The translations under genes were made by a program, and so were the position numbers. Below the pieces are notes generated by a model that worked only from the letters and a program-made list of their open reading frames with translations, was not told the origin of the DNA and did no database searches. 64,000 nt of DNA from Naegleria gruberi (Eukaryota): NCBI GenBank assembly GCA_000004985.1, contig GG738923.1, one strand, 5' to 3'. Shown piece after piece: positions 31,438 through 42,187 of the stretch. The first letter of the stretch is position 1; every line of letters begins with the position of its first letter.

Positions 31438-32349
31438 TTATTCATTTTGTATTATTAAGATTTTCAGTTTTTTCATGTTAATTAGGTGTTGAACGCCTTC
31501 ATTTTCCAGAAAGTGATTATTTCTAATACAAAGCTCAGTTAAATTTTCTAGTTGACTGATTGCTTTGGCACCTTCATCCGTTATATAATTCGAGCTAACA
31601 TGCAGAATACGCAATTGTTTCATTTCACTAATATATTTGGCTCCTTCATTACCAATTTCATTTTCGCTAATGTTCAGCTCACTTAATTGTTTTAATTGAC
31701 TGATGAACTGAGCTCCTTCTATTCCGATATAGTTTTTTGTAATAGCTAATTTTCTTAATTCAGATAGTTCTCCAATAAATTTAGAGCCCTCTTTTCCAAT
31801 TCCACAGAAAACAACTTTTAATTCTCTTAATTTTTTCAGTTGACCAATTAACTTTGCTCCCTCCACTCCAATATAATTATAACCAATGTCAAGAAAAGTC
31901 AAATGACTAAGTTGACTAATAATATAAACTCCATTAATTCCAATACTATTACTACTAATATCAAGTTCAGTTAATTGTTTCAATTCACTCAAATATTTTG
32001 CTGCTTTATCGTCAATAAAATTGGAAGAAATGTACAATTTTGTTAATTGTGACATTTTCCCAAGAACTACCAAGAATTTATATTGATTTAAAACCCCATA
32101 ACCAACTTTAATCTCATAAATACGATCTAAGTATTTACTTTCCATCAATGACTTTAGTTTGGTAATTCGATCATTAAATTCAATTAAAAGTTTCGAATAC
32201 ATTCCAATAATTCTTAACCATTGTTTAGAAATTAAACAACAATTCAGCAAGATGAATTTACCATCATCAATAAAAGATATTATCTCACAACACACATCAT
32301 CAGAAAAAAATTGAGCTGCAGCAACATTCCGAAAAGTAATTTCCTTCAT
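31438..32349 (-). CDS. F-box-like / RNI-type LRR protein (paralog of 7712..8404).
   Basis: FFSDDVCCEIISFIDDGKFILLNCCLISKQWLRII followed by 28-aa LRRs (ELKQLTELDISSNSIGINGV, GAKLIGQLKKLRELKV, GAQFISQLKQLSELNISENEIGNEGAKYISEMKQLRIL). Confidence 0.65.
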   Translation of the reverse strand: MKEITFRNVAAAQFFSDDVCCEIISFIDDGKFILLNCCLISKQWLRIIGMYSKLLIEFNDRITKLKSLMESKYLDRIYEIKVGYGVLNQYKFLVVLGKMSQLTKLYISSNFIDDKAAKYLSELKQLTELDISSNSIGINGVYIISQLSHLTFLDIGYNYIGVEGAKLIGQLKKLRELKVVFCGIGKEGSKFIGELSELRKLAITKNYIGIEGAQFISQLKQLSELNISENEIGNEGAKYISEMKQLRILHVSSNYITDEGAKAISQLENLTELCIRNNHFLENEGVQHLINMKKLKILIIQNE

Positions 32350-32518
32350 TTTTTTTAAAAAAAATATAAATCGAAACTAAATTCTTTTATCCATTTTAGA
32401 TAGTAAAATATTGTAAAAATTACCTTGATAGCAATTTGCCTTAATATTAGTGCTGAGTGAACTTGCTTTCATTGTAACGCTGCATTAATAATGAAATTTA
32501 AAAATTATTTTAAAAAAA

Positions 32519-33862
32519 ATGCAAATTCATTTTCAATGCTGCCAACAAACAGAGAGTCCACTTGTAGCCTACGACCAAAGCAAATCGGAGGGTAAAATTC
32601 TACTAGATAAAATTAAAGGATGGAGAAATGAGCAACATGAGGTTGAATTTTCTCATTTTCTTGCGAGGAGAGATCGAACCTTTGCTATTACTCGTTCCGA
32701 TCATCAAATTTATTGGATCACAAGATCAATGTGTCATAAATTAGAAAATAGAATGAAGGTTTATTTTGTTGCATCGTCATATGGACATGTTATGTTTCTG
32801 ACTGATCCGATAGATCAAAATACAGGAAATTGTGTGGCATACAATCCTCATGGATATACTGTTCATCGATTACCTAATGGACATTCCTATACAGTTCCAA
32901 AGAAATCATCAGTAATTGGATTTCGTTTACATGGAAGTGCTGAATTATTTGGGGGTGAAACTAAAACTTTCTCACTTGATTTATCTGATCCTGGCATGCT
33001 AGAATTTCTCCATATGCAAGATGTTGAGAAATGTTTAGATATCAATGAATATGTTGTTTACATGAGTTGTGCGGCATATACGAGTATTTTATTAACAAAT
33101 CATGGAAGATTGATGATATGTGGTTCTAATGGATTTGGTGAATTAGGATTTGATGTAAAAGACAATAAGACTGAAAAACTTGATGTTCATCCAATTCATA
33201 AACAAGACCCAAACTTGTTCTTTACTAAAACAGCATGTGGAGATCACAATATTGTTGTTATTACTAAGGAAGGGTTAGTATACGTAACTGGTTACAACTC
33301 TAGTAATGAATTGTAAGTATTTTTTTATTACTATATAATATTGAAGTTTCTTAGAGGACTAAGCTCAACATCTTCTGTTTTCCAATTACAACCATCAAAA
33401 TTGTTTAATGAATACGCTGCAAAAGATCCATTCATTGATGTTGCTTGTCACTATTATGGAGCTATTCTATTGGGCAAATCAGGATCTGTTTATATAAGTG
33501 GAGGAAGTCAAAAGCATGTAAGGAAATACTCAATTCCGCCATCTCATGACATGTTTTCTCAATATTTAAATGTTGGATCTAATTCTAATAGTTTATTCGC
33601 TATAGCTAACAACGAAACAAGCATTTTATTGACACAATTTTCCAGAGAAGGAGATAATATTTACCATACTGCTCATAATTATTGTTATGATTCTCACAGA
33701 TATTCCTCAACAATTACTGGCAGCGAAAATAATACTATGACTTGTATATTATTAAGGAATGAAACCATCAATACCAAGTTCCAATCTAATTTAGCACTTC
33801 ATTTATCATTATACAATGGTGAAAATGAAAAGACCTTTAGTGATTTAATAATAAAGGTCTAG
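32519..33862 (+). CDS. RCC1-like repeat protein (paralog of 17525..18494). Two exons: 32519..33312 and 33355..33862; intron 33313..33354.
   Basis: LMICGSNGFGELGFD, HNIVVITKEGLVYVTGYNSSNEL|GLSSTSSVF, GAILLGKSGSVYISGG. GTAAGT donor and TTCTTAG acceptor (42 nt), in phase with ORF 33341..33862. Confidence 0.6.
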
Positions 33863-34530
33863 AGGATTTAATTCCTAAACTAACCTATTTAAACTGGAAT
33901 TCATTCACTAAGTACCCACTCTAATAAGGGAGCTACAGAAATTATACTCTTAATACTCTTTGATAATCCAACCCAATATGATTTTCAATGGATTACAGTA
34001 GTAACATGTAGATTGTGCGTACTACAGGGCTATTAGAACTATTTTTCCAAATTAATCAAGATTACAATCAGCACAATTATATTTGATGGTTACAGAATGC
34101 AATACAGAATATCCATTCGTAAATTCTTGAATCTTATCAGGTAACGACTTCGAAAACAATTAATGTCACAACCTACTGTGTTTCGTTGATCTTTTGAAAG
34201 ATTCCATATTTAGAAGCATTAGCCACAATAACACTTACTATTGAAGAGTTTCAAGTCACTACTTGTCCAACTGAATCCAAATTCAAACAACAATATTTGA
34301 CTATTGTTACTCCTTAGGAAGGGATGACAAACTAGCATCGGTTCACTTACTATGTGAAATTTATTCGAGTGTTCCAAGTCTTACCAATGAATTTCCATGG
34401 TTTTTTTGTACGCATTTTTCAATTATTACATATTCAAGAGGTATTTCTAAAGCAAGAATTTCTAACAAATTATTACGAGGGCTAGTTTAGTTTTGGTCTA
34501 GGCAACCACAAAAAAACAATTTGAATCCGA

Positions 34531-37500
34531 ATGGCATGCATGAAAGATATGGTGCTCGCTTCGCACACGACACTCAGACAGGTTTCACATCATGTTGTGC
34601 TTGTGATATTGTTGTTTCTTACTCTCTTTCTCAAAGAAGGCCTCTATGCCTATCAGTTCTCCACTCAATTCACAAATAGTCAGCTCGTGTGGAATCATAT
34701 CGACTCTCAATTTGTCAACAAGACGGAAAAGATTGGTTTCATGACCTTTACCTTCTCTTCTACAAAGAATACTCTAGCATGGGAGGTGGTTAATCCTTCA
34801 GTGTATCCCATGCCACAATTCGACACTTTGAATGAGACATTGGTCTTTGCACATTTTCGATTAATTCATAAGAACTTATTGGGCAATAGTGGAAACAATT
34901 TATTCTTGCCTTCTTCAGAGTATTTTGATTACAAAGTGAAAAGGAATGAAGATGGTCTTGATTTGAGCTTTGAAAAACTCTGTTTAAACTTAAATATTAA
35001 GGAAATATCTAGTGCTACTGATGTTATCGACATTCCAGAATTATACAAAAACAAGTATTACATGCAATGGTTTACTTTACAATTGAACATCACTCAACTA
35101 CGAATGGAATTATCATCATTGGTGGCCATCAATGAAACTTTTACAGTTGAATACTACACTAACAAATTATTGAATGAAGTCAAACAGGGTGACTATTCCT
35201 ATTCATCACTCTTACTATTGAATTCTTCTATTACTCAGGCTTCACCAATCAAAACTTCTTCAGATCCAGTTACTAATATTTGTTCTTCAACCTCGCCTGT
35301 GATAGCATTTGCTTGGAACTCATGGAAACTGTGGTTTGTAGTTGTTTTTCTCCTTTTAATGCTAGCTCTATTGATCTTCTCAGTTTGGAGGCCTTATATT
35401 GTTATTATTGTGATTGTTGTCATCTTCAATTTGGCAGGTATTCTGACACTTGATCAAACACTTGCAGGGTTCGCTAATAGTGGTACACTTGTAATTGGTC
35501 TATTGTTTCCCATTGTAAAACCTCTCACTCAGAATTCTTTGGTGTTGAAATTTTCCAAATTTTTATTTGGTTCTCCCATCCAATTCAAAAATATGAAAAG
35601 CAGCAAGCTTCTTCAACACTTATCATTGTTGATACCTACATTGAGAATGTGTTTGGTTTTTTCATTGATTGGAGCTTTTGTGAATAATACACCGGTTGTG
35701 GTATTGGGTTTACCTATAGTTATGGAATGGGCCAGGCAACATAATGTTTCCCCTTCAAAGTTTCTCATGGCACTTTCCTTCATTACTTCTGGGAGTGGAT
35801 TTTTAACATCGATTGGAAATTCATCAAACATTGTGGCGAGCGGAATATTTTCAACATATGGCTATGATGCATTGACATTTTATGAGTTTTTCTATCTGGG
35901 AAGTATTTTGTGTGTTGTAACAATACTCTATCTCATTACATATGGCTTGTGGATTGTTCCAGATGAAATTAGAGGTGAATCAAAAAAAATGAAAAGAACC
36001 ACCATTAATTTTGCTAAAAAAGCTGGTAAAATACTTCACAATTCAAAAACCAGATTTGAAGAGTTTATAGCTGTTGTAAGAATGAATGAATTATCATCCC
36101 AAGATCCTCATACAAAGCCATTTATGCTGTACAGTAACTTGTTGGGAAAAAATGAAGCAAAAATTCTGAAAACGTTAGATTTGGATAGCATTGAGCTTGT
36201 CGAAGTTATTAGAAAATGTGAAAAGAAAGCAGAAGAAACTATTTCTCAAATCAAACCAGAAACTTCAACAGATAATATTCAAGTATCCAACTCTGAACAT
36301 ACTAATGAAACTCCAAATAATGGTGATGAATCTCCAACAAGCTCAGACAGTGGATCAATAGAAATTGACATGAAAAAAATCGAACATGTAAAGCATACGA
36401 TAATTAAGGATACAGATGAAACCAAAAGAATCAAACCAGTTCCTGAAGATTTCCTTATTGAAAAAGATGACATTTTAATATTCAAAGGAAACGCCAAATC
36501 TATTTTGAAACTTCAAGCCATGGTATTAGAAATTGAGGATTACGAAGAAGAAAGTTCGCCTAAACAAAATACTGACCGAGTAACAACCTTCAACTCAACA
36601 ACAGAAGAGGAAACAGTGATGAAAAATTCTCCATCTCAACTCTCCTTAATGAGCAGCTCCTCCCAAGATGAGTTAATCCCAAATGGTAGCAATAGAATTG
36701 ATTCTCCAGTTGTTGGAGGTCAAAATGATATTGTTGCCAGGTTGCATTCCAATCTTAAGAAAAATCATCCAACCAATGAAAACTCTCAAAATCCAACAAA
36801 AGAACAAGACCAGAAAGAAGATAAAAGTGCAGACCTGAGTCAGCTTGAGTTCTTTGAGGTGGTTATTGGTTCATCGAACCCGTGTGTAGGGGAGAATTAT
36901 GAATTCTTTGAGAAAAGATATCAGGTAACAGTATTGGCTATTAGAAATATGTTTTATGACGAGAAACCATCAGAAAGCTCGGATCAAGGTTTGAGAAATT
37001 TTCAAGTGTACACAGGTGATACCATTCTCTTATTAGGTAAAACGAGATTTTATATGAATTATCATAATTCCACAAGAGAATTCTACATGATATCAAGATT
37101 CTCTGAAGTTTCACCACAAGATAATCAATTCAATCAAAGACCATTCCAACTCAGAATTCCATTCACAAATAAGGTCTATCGTCTATGGTGGTGGGAACAT
37201 TGGATTTTCTTATTCTTTTCAGCAATGATTGCCTGTACGATTGCTGGATATTCAATGGTTCAATGTAGTTTAGTGACATTTTGTGTTGTCATTATGTTTG
37301 GCTTGATTTCTCCCACAGATGCCATTGAAAGCATTGATTGGGCTCTTGTAGCACTTGTTGGAGCATCTTTTGGAATTGGAAGTGCTATCACTCAGAGTGG
37401 AGTTGGTCAAGGAATTACTCAAGTATTGAAACTTGCAAATGTGCCACATATTTTATTACCTGCTTTCATAACTGCAATTACCTTAGTGGTAGCAAATGTA

Positions 37501-37782
37501 ATTACAAGTAGTGCTGTGGTGGCAATATGTATCCCAATAGCTGTAGCTATTGCTCAATCATATGGATTGAATGCTAGATGTTTTGTAATGTGCGTCATTT
37601 ATGCATCTCAATCAGTATTTACATTTCCTTTAGGATTTTCTGGAAATATGTTAGTGATGGGTGTTGGAAATTACAAATTTGTAGATTTTGTGAAGGCAGG
37701 GGTTCCCCTTACAATATTATATTGGTTGATTATCAGCGTGCTTGTACCTGCTATTTGGGGATTGGATATTCCAAACTTTTAA
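34531..37782 (+). CDS. Large anion-permease-type transporter of the ArsB/NhaD/CitMHS (YfbS-like) superfamily with two cytoplasmic TrkA-C (RCK_C) domains and a 250-aa N-terminal extracytoplasmic domain.
   Basis: 1083 aa. TM half 1 (WKLWFVVVFLLL...FANSGTLVIGLLFPIV...VLGLPIVMEWARQHNVSPSKFLMALSFITSGSGFLTSIGNSSNIVASGIF). Central region with two TrkA-C-like segments (DFLIEKDDILIFKGNAKSILKLQAMVLEIED; LEFFEVVIGSSNPCVGENYEFFEKRYQVTVLAIRNMF...VYTGDTILLLGK). TM half 2 (LISPTDAIESIDWALVALVGASFGIGSAITQSGV...FVMCVIYASQSVFTFPLGFSGNMLVMGVGNYKFVDFVKAGVPL). Confidence 0.75.
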   Translation: MACMKDMVLASHTTLRQVSHHVVLVILLFLTLFLKEGLYAYQFSTQFTNSQLVWNHIDSQFVNKTEKIGFMTFTFSSTKNTLAWEVVNPSVYPMPQFDTLNETLVFAHFRLIHKNLLGNSGNNLFLPSSEYFDYKVKRNEDGLDLSFEKLCLNLNIKEISSATDVIDIPELYKNKYYMQWFTLQLNITQLRMELSSLVAINETFTVEYYTNKLLNEVKQGDYSYSSLLLLNSSITQASPIKTSSDPVTNICSSTSPVIAFAWNSWKLWFVVVFLLLMLALLIFSVWRPYIVIIVIVVIFNLAGILTLDQTLAGFANSGTLVIGLLFPIVKPLTQNSLVLKFSKFLFGSPIQFKNMKSSKLLQHLSLLIPTLRMCLVFSLIGAFVNNTPVVVLGLPIVMEWARQHNVSPSKFLMALSFITSGSGFLTSIGNSSNIVASGIFSTYGYDALTFYEFFYLGSILCVVTILYLITYGLWIVPDEIRGESKKMKRTTINFAKKAGKILHNSKTRFEEFIAVVRMNELSSQDPHTKPFMLYSNLLGKNEAKILKTLDLDSIELVEVIRKCEKKAEETISQIKPETSTDNIQVSNSEHTNETPNNGDESPTSSDSGSIEIDMKKIEHVKHTIIKDTDETKRIKPVPEDFLIEKDDILIFKGNAKSILKLQAMVLEIEDYEEESSPKQNTDRVTTFNSTTEEETVMKNSPSQLSLMSSSSQDELIPNGSNRIDSPVVGGQNDIVARLHSNLKKNHPTNENSQNPTKEQDQKEDKSADLSQLEFFEVVIGSSNPCVGENYEFFEKRYQVTVLAIRNMFYDEKPSESSDQGLRNFQVYTGDTILLLGKTRFYMNYHNSTREFYMISRFSEVSPQDNQFNQRPFQLRIPFTNKVYRLWWWEHWIFLFFSAMIACTIAGYSMVQCSLVTFCVVIMFGLISPTDAIESIDWALVALVGASFGIGSAITQSGVGQGITQVLKLANVPHILLPAFITAITLVVANVITSSAVVAICIPIAVAIAQSYGLNARCFVMCVIYASQSVFTFPLGFSGNMLVMGVGNYKFVDFVKAGVPLTILYWLIISVLVPAIWGLDIPNF

Positions 37783-37899
37783 CCAAAGTACAGTTAACCA
37801 ATACATTGGAGATTAAAAGTTAAGGATCATATTGATCATATATGCAATATTAGATCTTTACATAATATGATATTGGAATAAACATGTCAAAAGAATATA

Positions 37900-40254
37900 T
37901 TATTCTTTATTTTCCTGTTTTTTAGCCAGTCTCTTGTTCAATCCATTTCCAGAAATTGTTGTGAAGAAATTACTATCAATTACACTAATTTCCTGCGTTC
38001 CCCTACAAAGTGTTGTTCTGATTTTGAATTTCCCTTCCTTTTGAGAGGAGAAACCGAGCCAAACCTCTTCAATAATCCTTTGTTTGTATTCATTCTTGAC
38101 TTGAACCTTTTTCAAGTTCTTTAGATACTGCAATTTTTCTTGGCCTTTCTTTAATTTGATCAAATCAAATTTCAATGTGTAAACCTCTTGATCCTTACTA
38201 TTTGGGCTTAGTTTTGGCGATGATTCAAATTCAGGTATAATCAAATCTACCTTAATGGCCTCCACATACTTATCATAAACTATTCCATCCGCAACATTCT
38301 GAATAGTTAAATATTCAGAGCTATTTGGAGCTTCTTCAAGAAGAATTTGAGCTTTCTCCAGTTGTTTAACGTTGGTCATCTTATTCGAAGTATTGTAACT
38401 AATAATTTTGAAATCATCTTGTTTTTTAGATTGATTCTTTCCAAAATTAGTTTCTTGAGTAAACTCAATTTTTCTAATATTTGTTGGTGATCCACTACTA
38501 CTATTCGATTGGAAAGCATCTGATTGTTTTCGTTTTTTAGACGAAACACTTGTTGAAGAAACTAAAGGTGAACCAGAAGGAGTGGAAGGTGATGAAAAAC
38601 CCATATTAGTGTTATTAGTACTAAGTACTGGGAAGTGTATTGGAGTGGTTGGAGTACTTCCTGTACTATTGCTTTTCCTCGATGATGATGATTTACTTCT
38701 CTTCTCACTCTTGACTGTTACAATGTTTGATGGTTGAATTGATGGTTGTGATGAGGATGGTGTGGAAATAGGAGTAGTATTAGAAATTTGTGGTATTACT
38801 GTTGCAGTTTGTGGTATTGCTGGAGGAGGTGATTGTCGAGCATCCAGTGTACATGATACTTGTCCACGTTCTTGAAGAAATTGCAGAATAGTTGGTGAAT
38901 TAGTTTGACAAGTGTCATTATTCGAATTACTAGTATTAGTTGTGGAATAAGTAGTAGTATTAGTTGTGGTCATTGGTGTTGTAGTCGTTGGAGTGGAAAT
39001 AGGAGTAGAAATTGGAGTAATATTATTATTATTGGAAACTACATTAATTGGTGAAATAGTTATTCCTGCTGTGGTTGTTGAAGGTTTAGGAAGTTGTTGA
39101 TAATTTTCATCAATTACAAATCCATTAGTTTTAGCTTTATCAGATCCATCCGATGAAGTAGAAACATTATTAATATCATGATGATGATTGACCAAATTTG
39201 AATTATTTTGATGATATGAATTATTAATTGGATAGGGTGGAGATGATGGAATTGAGTGATAATAGGGTGGATAATGTTGTGGATGTGGTGGTGGATAGTT
39301 TGGATATCCATGATGATGATAATAAGGAGGATATTGATGAGTATTATAATTATTTGAATAATGATGATGAGGAGGATATGGAGGAAGAATATTATTATTG
39401 ACTGCACTACTCGACATTACTTGAGAACTTGCGTGCATAGTTGGAGAAGTTGGTTGACTAGAAGGTGAAACTATTGCCGAATTATTTGGTTGTGTTGATT
39501 GTGGAGGAGGTGGCTGAGGATAATATGATAATGGAGGTGGAGGAAAGTTTGTATATCCATAACCAGTAGGAATTGGTTGTGTTGCTATTGGACATGTTGA
39601 AGGATTTTGTGTTAAATAGGATTGTGGAAGTGGTGGCAATGGAGGATGTGGATGATGATTGTACATGTCAATATTTCTTTCAATAATTAAATTATTAATA
39701 TTTGAAGTGCTAGTTGATGCCTGATGAAGTATCTGGTTTACTGCATCATCACATGTAGAGTCATTACCCAAATCTGATAGTAAAACATTGTCATTCAAAT
39801 TGGTATTATTATTAATATTAGTATTGACTTCCAATAGTTGTCTCAATTCTTCAATAAAATTGGGATTATTTTCTGATATATCTGGCAGTAACATCCTATT
39901 GTTGCCTCTCACACTTTCTTCAAGGTTAGTTGAAGTGGATGTGTTGTTGTTGATTGAGGAGGAGATAAAGTATTGTTCTGCTTGTTCTGTTTGTTGATGG
40001 ATTAACGATTGTTGGAGTGTGAAAAGGGTTACTTGATCTGGTTGAGTAGTTGTCATATTATTTTGATTGGCAACAGTTGCGAGTATTTGTTGAAACAACT
40101 CATCAGGAACGCCTTGTTGGGAGTTATGATTGTTTTCGGATGGTATCGAATCAATATTGTTGAATGAAATATCTTCTTGGTTCGTGTTCTGGTCAAAGAA
40201 ATTGTTATTATTGTTTTGCATGTGCATGTAATAGTATTGAAAGAGTTCAATCAT
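37900..40254 (-). CDS. Low-complexity Gln/Asn/Pro/His/Tyr-rich protein with a conserved-looking 200-aa C-terminal region (unknown function).
   Basis: 784-aa ORF. Prion-like tracts (PPYPPHHHYSNNYNTHQYPPYYHHHGYPNYPPPHPQHYPPYY). Non-repetitive C-terminus (KIEFTQETNFG...VWLGFSSQKEGKFKIRTTLCRGTQEISVIDSNFF). Confidence 0.55.
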   Translation of the reverse strand: MIELFQYYYMHMQNNNNNFFDQNTNQEDISFNNIDSIPSENNHNSQQGVPDELFQQILATVANQNNMTTTQPDQVTLFTLQQSLIHQQTEQAEQYFISSSINNNTSTSTNLEESVRGNNRMLLPDISENNPNFIEELRQLLEVNTNINNNTNLNDNVLLSDLGNDSTCDDAVNQILHQASTSTSNINNLIIERNIDMYNHHPHPPLPPLPQSYLTQNPSTCPIATQPIPTGYGYTNFPPPPLSYYPQPPPPQSTQPNNSAIVSPSSQPTSPTMHASSQVMSSSAVNNNILPPYPPHHHYSNNYNTHQYPPYYHHHGYPNYPPPHPQHYPPYYHSIPSSPPYPINNSYHQNNSNLVNHHHDINNVSTSSDGSDKAKTNGFVIDENYQQLPKPSTTTAGITISPINVVSNNNNITPISTPISTPTTTTPMTTTNTTTYSTTNTSNSNNDTCQTNSPTILQFLQERGQVSCTLDARQSPPPAIPQTATVIPQISNTTPISTPSSSQPSIQPSNIVTVKSEKRSKSSSSRKSNSTGSTPTTPIHFPVLSTNNTNMGFSSPSTPSGSPLVSSTSVSSKKRKQSDAFQSNSSSGSPTNIRKIEFTQETNFGKNQSKKQDDFKIISYNTSNKMTNVKQLEKAQILLEEAPNSSEYLTIQNVADGIVYDKYVEAIKVDLIIPEFESSPKLSPNSKDQEVYTLKFDLIKLKKGQEKLQYLKNLKKVQVKNEYKQRIIEEVWLGFSSQKEGKFKIRTTLCRGTQEISVIDSNFFTTISGNGLNKRLAKKQENKE

Positions 40255-41037
40255 ATGTTATTGAGTTTTGAATATTGTTTGTTGGTGTTTTTTTGTTGTG
40301 AAGAAAATCTAATACTTTTTCACACAACAATCAAACAAATTGTTTCCTGCAGCAAGTATTTTGTGTTTGCGTGTTTTTCATTTTTCTAAACTAGGTTTCG
40401 ATTGTCGCATTCGGTTCGCCCCTTACGAAAGTTTCTCCAAACTGAGAGTTGAAGGTTGTGAAAAATGATATGATGGATCGAATGAGGGAAATATACTTTA
40501 ACCCTTTGCTCATTCATTGATTTTTTACACAGTGCGTGTGCTGGCTTAATGATTGCATGTTCTATTAGATTCGAATTATTTGTGCGTAAATAGTTTCTTT
40601 CCTGTTTACATGCAACGTTGACCTTTTAGAGTATTGTTTTAATTGGCCCTTTTCCTCCAATGATGATTCACATTGTATGAGATAATAATCCAAGTGAACG
40701 ATGATGTCGATAAGGTCATGTGCTGGTGTTCATTCAACTAGCCTTTAAAGGTATTTAACTTCGGAACGCATTTACAAAAGAGCCTACCACTTTAGTGGGT
40801 AATAGGAAAGTTGTACTTTACCACAGACCATGTTGAAAAACACAGAGACTCTACATAAGAAGGAAGTGAAGTAACGCAATCCAATCAACAAAATAGTTAT
40901 TCGTAATAATAACAAGATGACTGTTGTTTTTTTTAGGCTCTCAATTAATTGCACGTTTCAATGTGGCGGGAACATTAAAAACATTAAAAAAACCTTAAAA
41001 TCATTATCGTTACCAGCATCATCACGTTTAATACAAA

Positions 41038-41803
41038 ATGGGCGGAAAGATTTCACGTGAAGAGATGAAGACTCTCCGTAAGGAGACTCGAGGAAAACTC
41101 GATCAAAAGGAGATTCAAAAGTATCATAAATTTTGGTTTGATCTTTACAAGGACGGAAATATGACCAAGGAAGGATTTGTAAAGTTTGCACAATTGGCAC
41201 TTCCGAATGTATGTAATTGATGATCAAATTTTAAAATATTTATTGTTTAATAATAATTTATTGATGATATTATTATTTAGTGGGATGGACAAACTGATGT
41301 TGATTATCTTTTCAGAGCTATGGATAACAATAATGATGGAACTGTCACGGTAGGTATTTTATCAAAATTTGTGAATGATAATTGTCGTTATATAGTTCAA
41401 GGAATTTTTATTATTCCAATCGATTACTGCTCCATCAGCTGAACCATTGAATCCTATGGAATTAATTGATCTTGCTTTTGATATGTATGATGAAGATCGT
41501 GATGGGTAAGTTGTCAACTAATCAATAATTATTTAATTTTCAATAGATTTGTCACTGTTGATGAAATGCGTGAGTCCTTGCACAACATGTTCAAGGCCAA
41601 AGGTATGAATGTAAATGATCCAAATGTAAAGAACCAAATTGAAAATAGAATTAATAATTTATTGAGTCTTGCCGATAAGAATAATGACGGAAAGTTAACT
41701 GTAAGTAATTTTATTAGAAATTGTATGAAACTAAAGTTTATAATAGAGAGAAGAAATTTTCACCGCCTGTGAAAAGGATCCACAAATTGTTGCCATGTTT
41801 TAA
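41038..41803 (+). CDS. N-myristoylated EF-hand calcium sensor of the NCS/recoverin (frequenin-like) family. Five exons: 41038..41208, 41281..41349, 41396..41505, 41547..41700, 41747..41803. 186 aa.
   Basis: MGGKIS N-terminus (Gly2, Ser6 myristoylation consensus). EF loops DNNNDGTVTFKEF, DEDRDGFVTVDEM and DKNNDGKLTREEI each span an intron. The C-terminus ACEKDPQIVAMF resembles NCS-1 (KADPSIVQALS). All introns are GT(A/AGG)...AG, 42-72 nt, and phases are checked against ORF-track frames. Confidence 0.8.
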
Positions 41804-42187
41804 TTTATTTGTAAATAATATAATTGTGTATAAAGATTACATTTACAATAATGTATTCACTACAACAAATATTTCAAATCTTTTGTTGTTATAATGGATT
41901 GGAATGTTTAAAGTAATTAATGATTGGATAATGTTTGAAAATAATTGAGATGGTTTGCCGAATCTCTTCGGTTGTAAAATGTATCTCTCAATTTTTACTG
42001 ACCTCTTACAAACAGCTCAGAATATATGAAGGACTAAGTCGTCTTATTATCTGAGGATCTTATCCTTAATCCTCTTATTAGCCTCCGATTTTTAACTCCT
42101 ACTTCCTCGGAGTCATCATTTCATGCCTTTCAACTTCTCTCACGTTTCTTTAACAAACAACTCAAAAAAAATATTTCAACAACAAGA

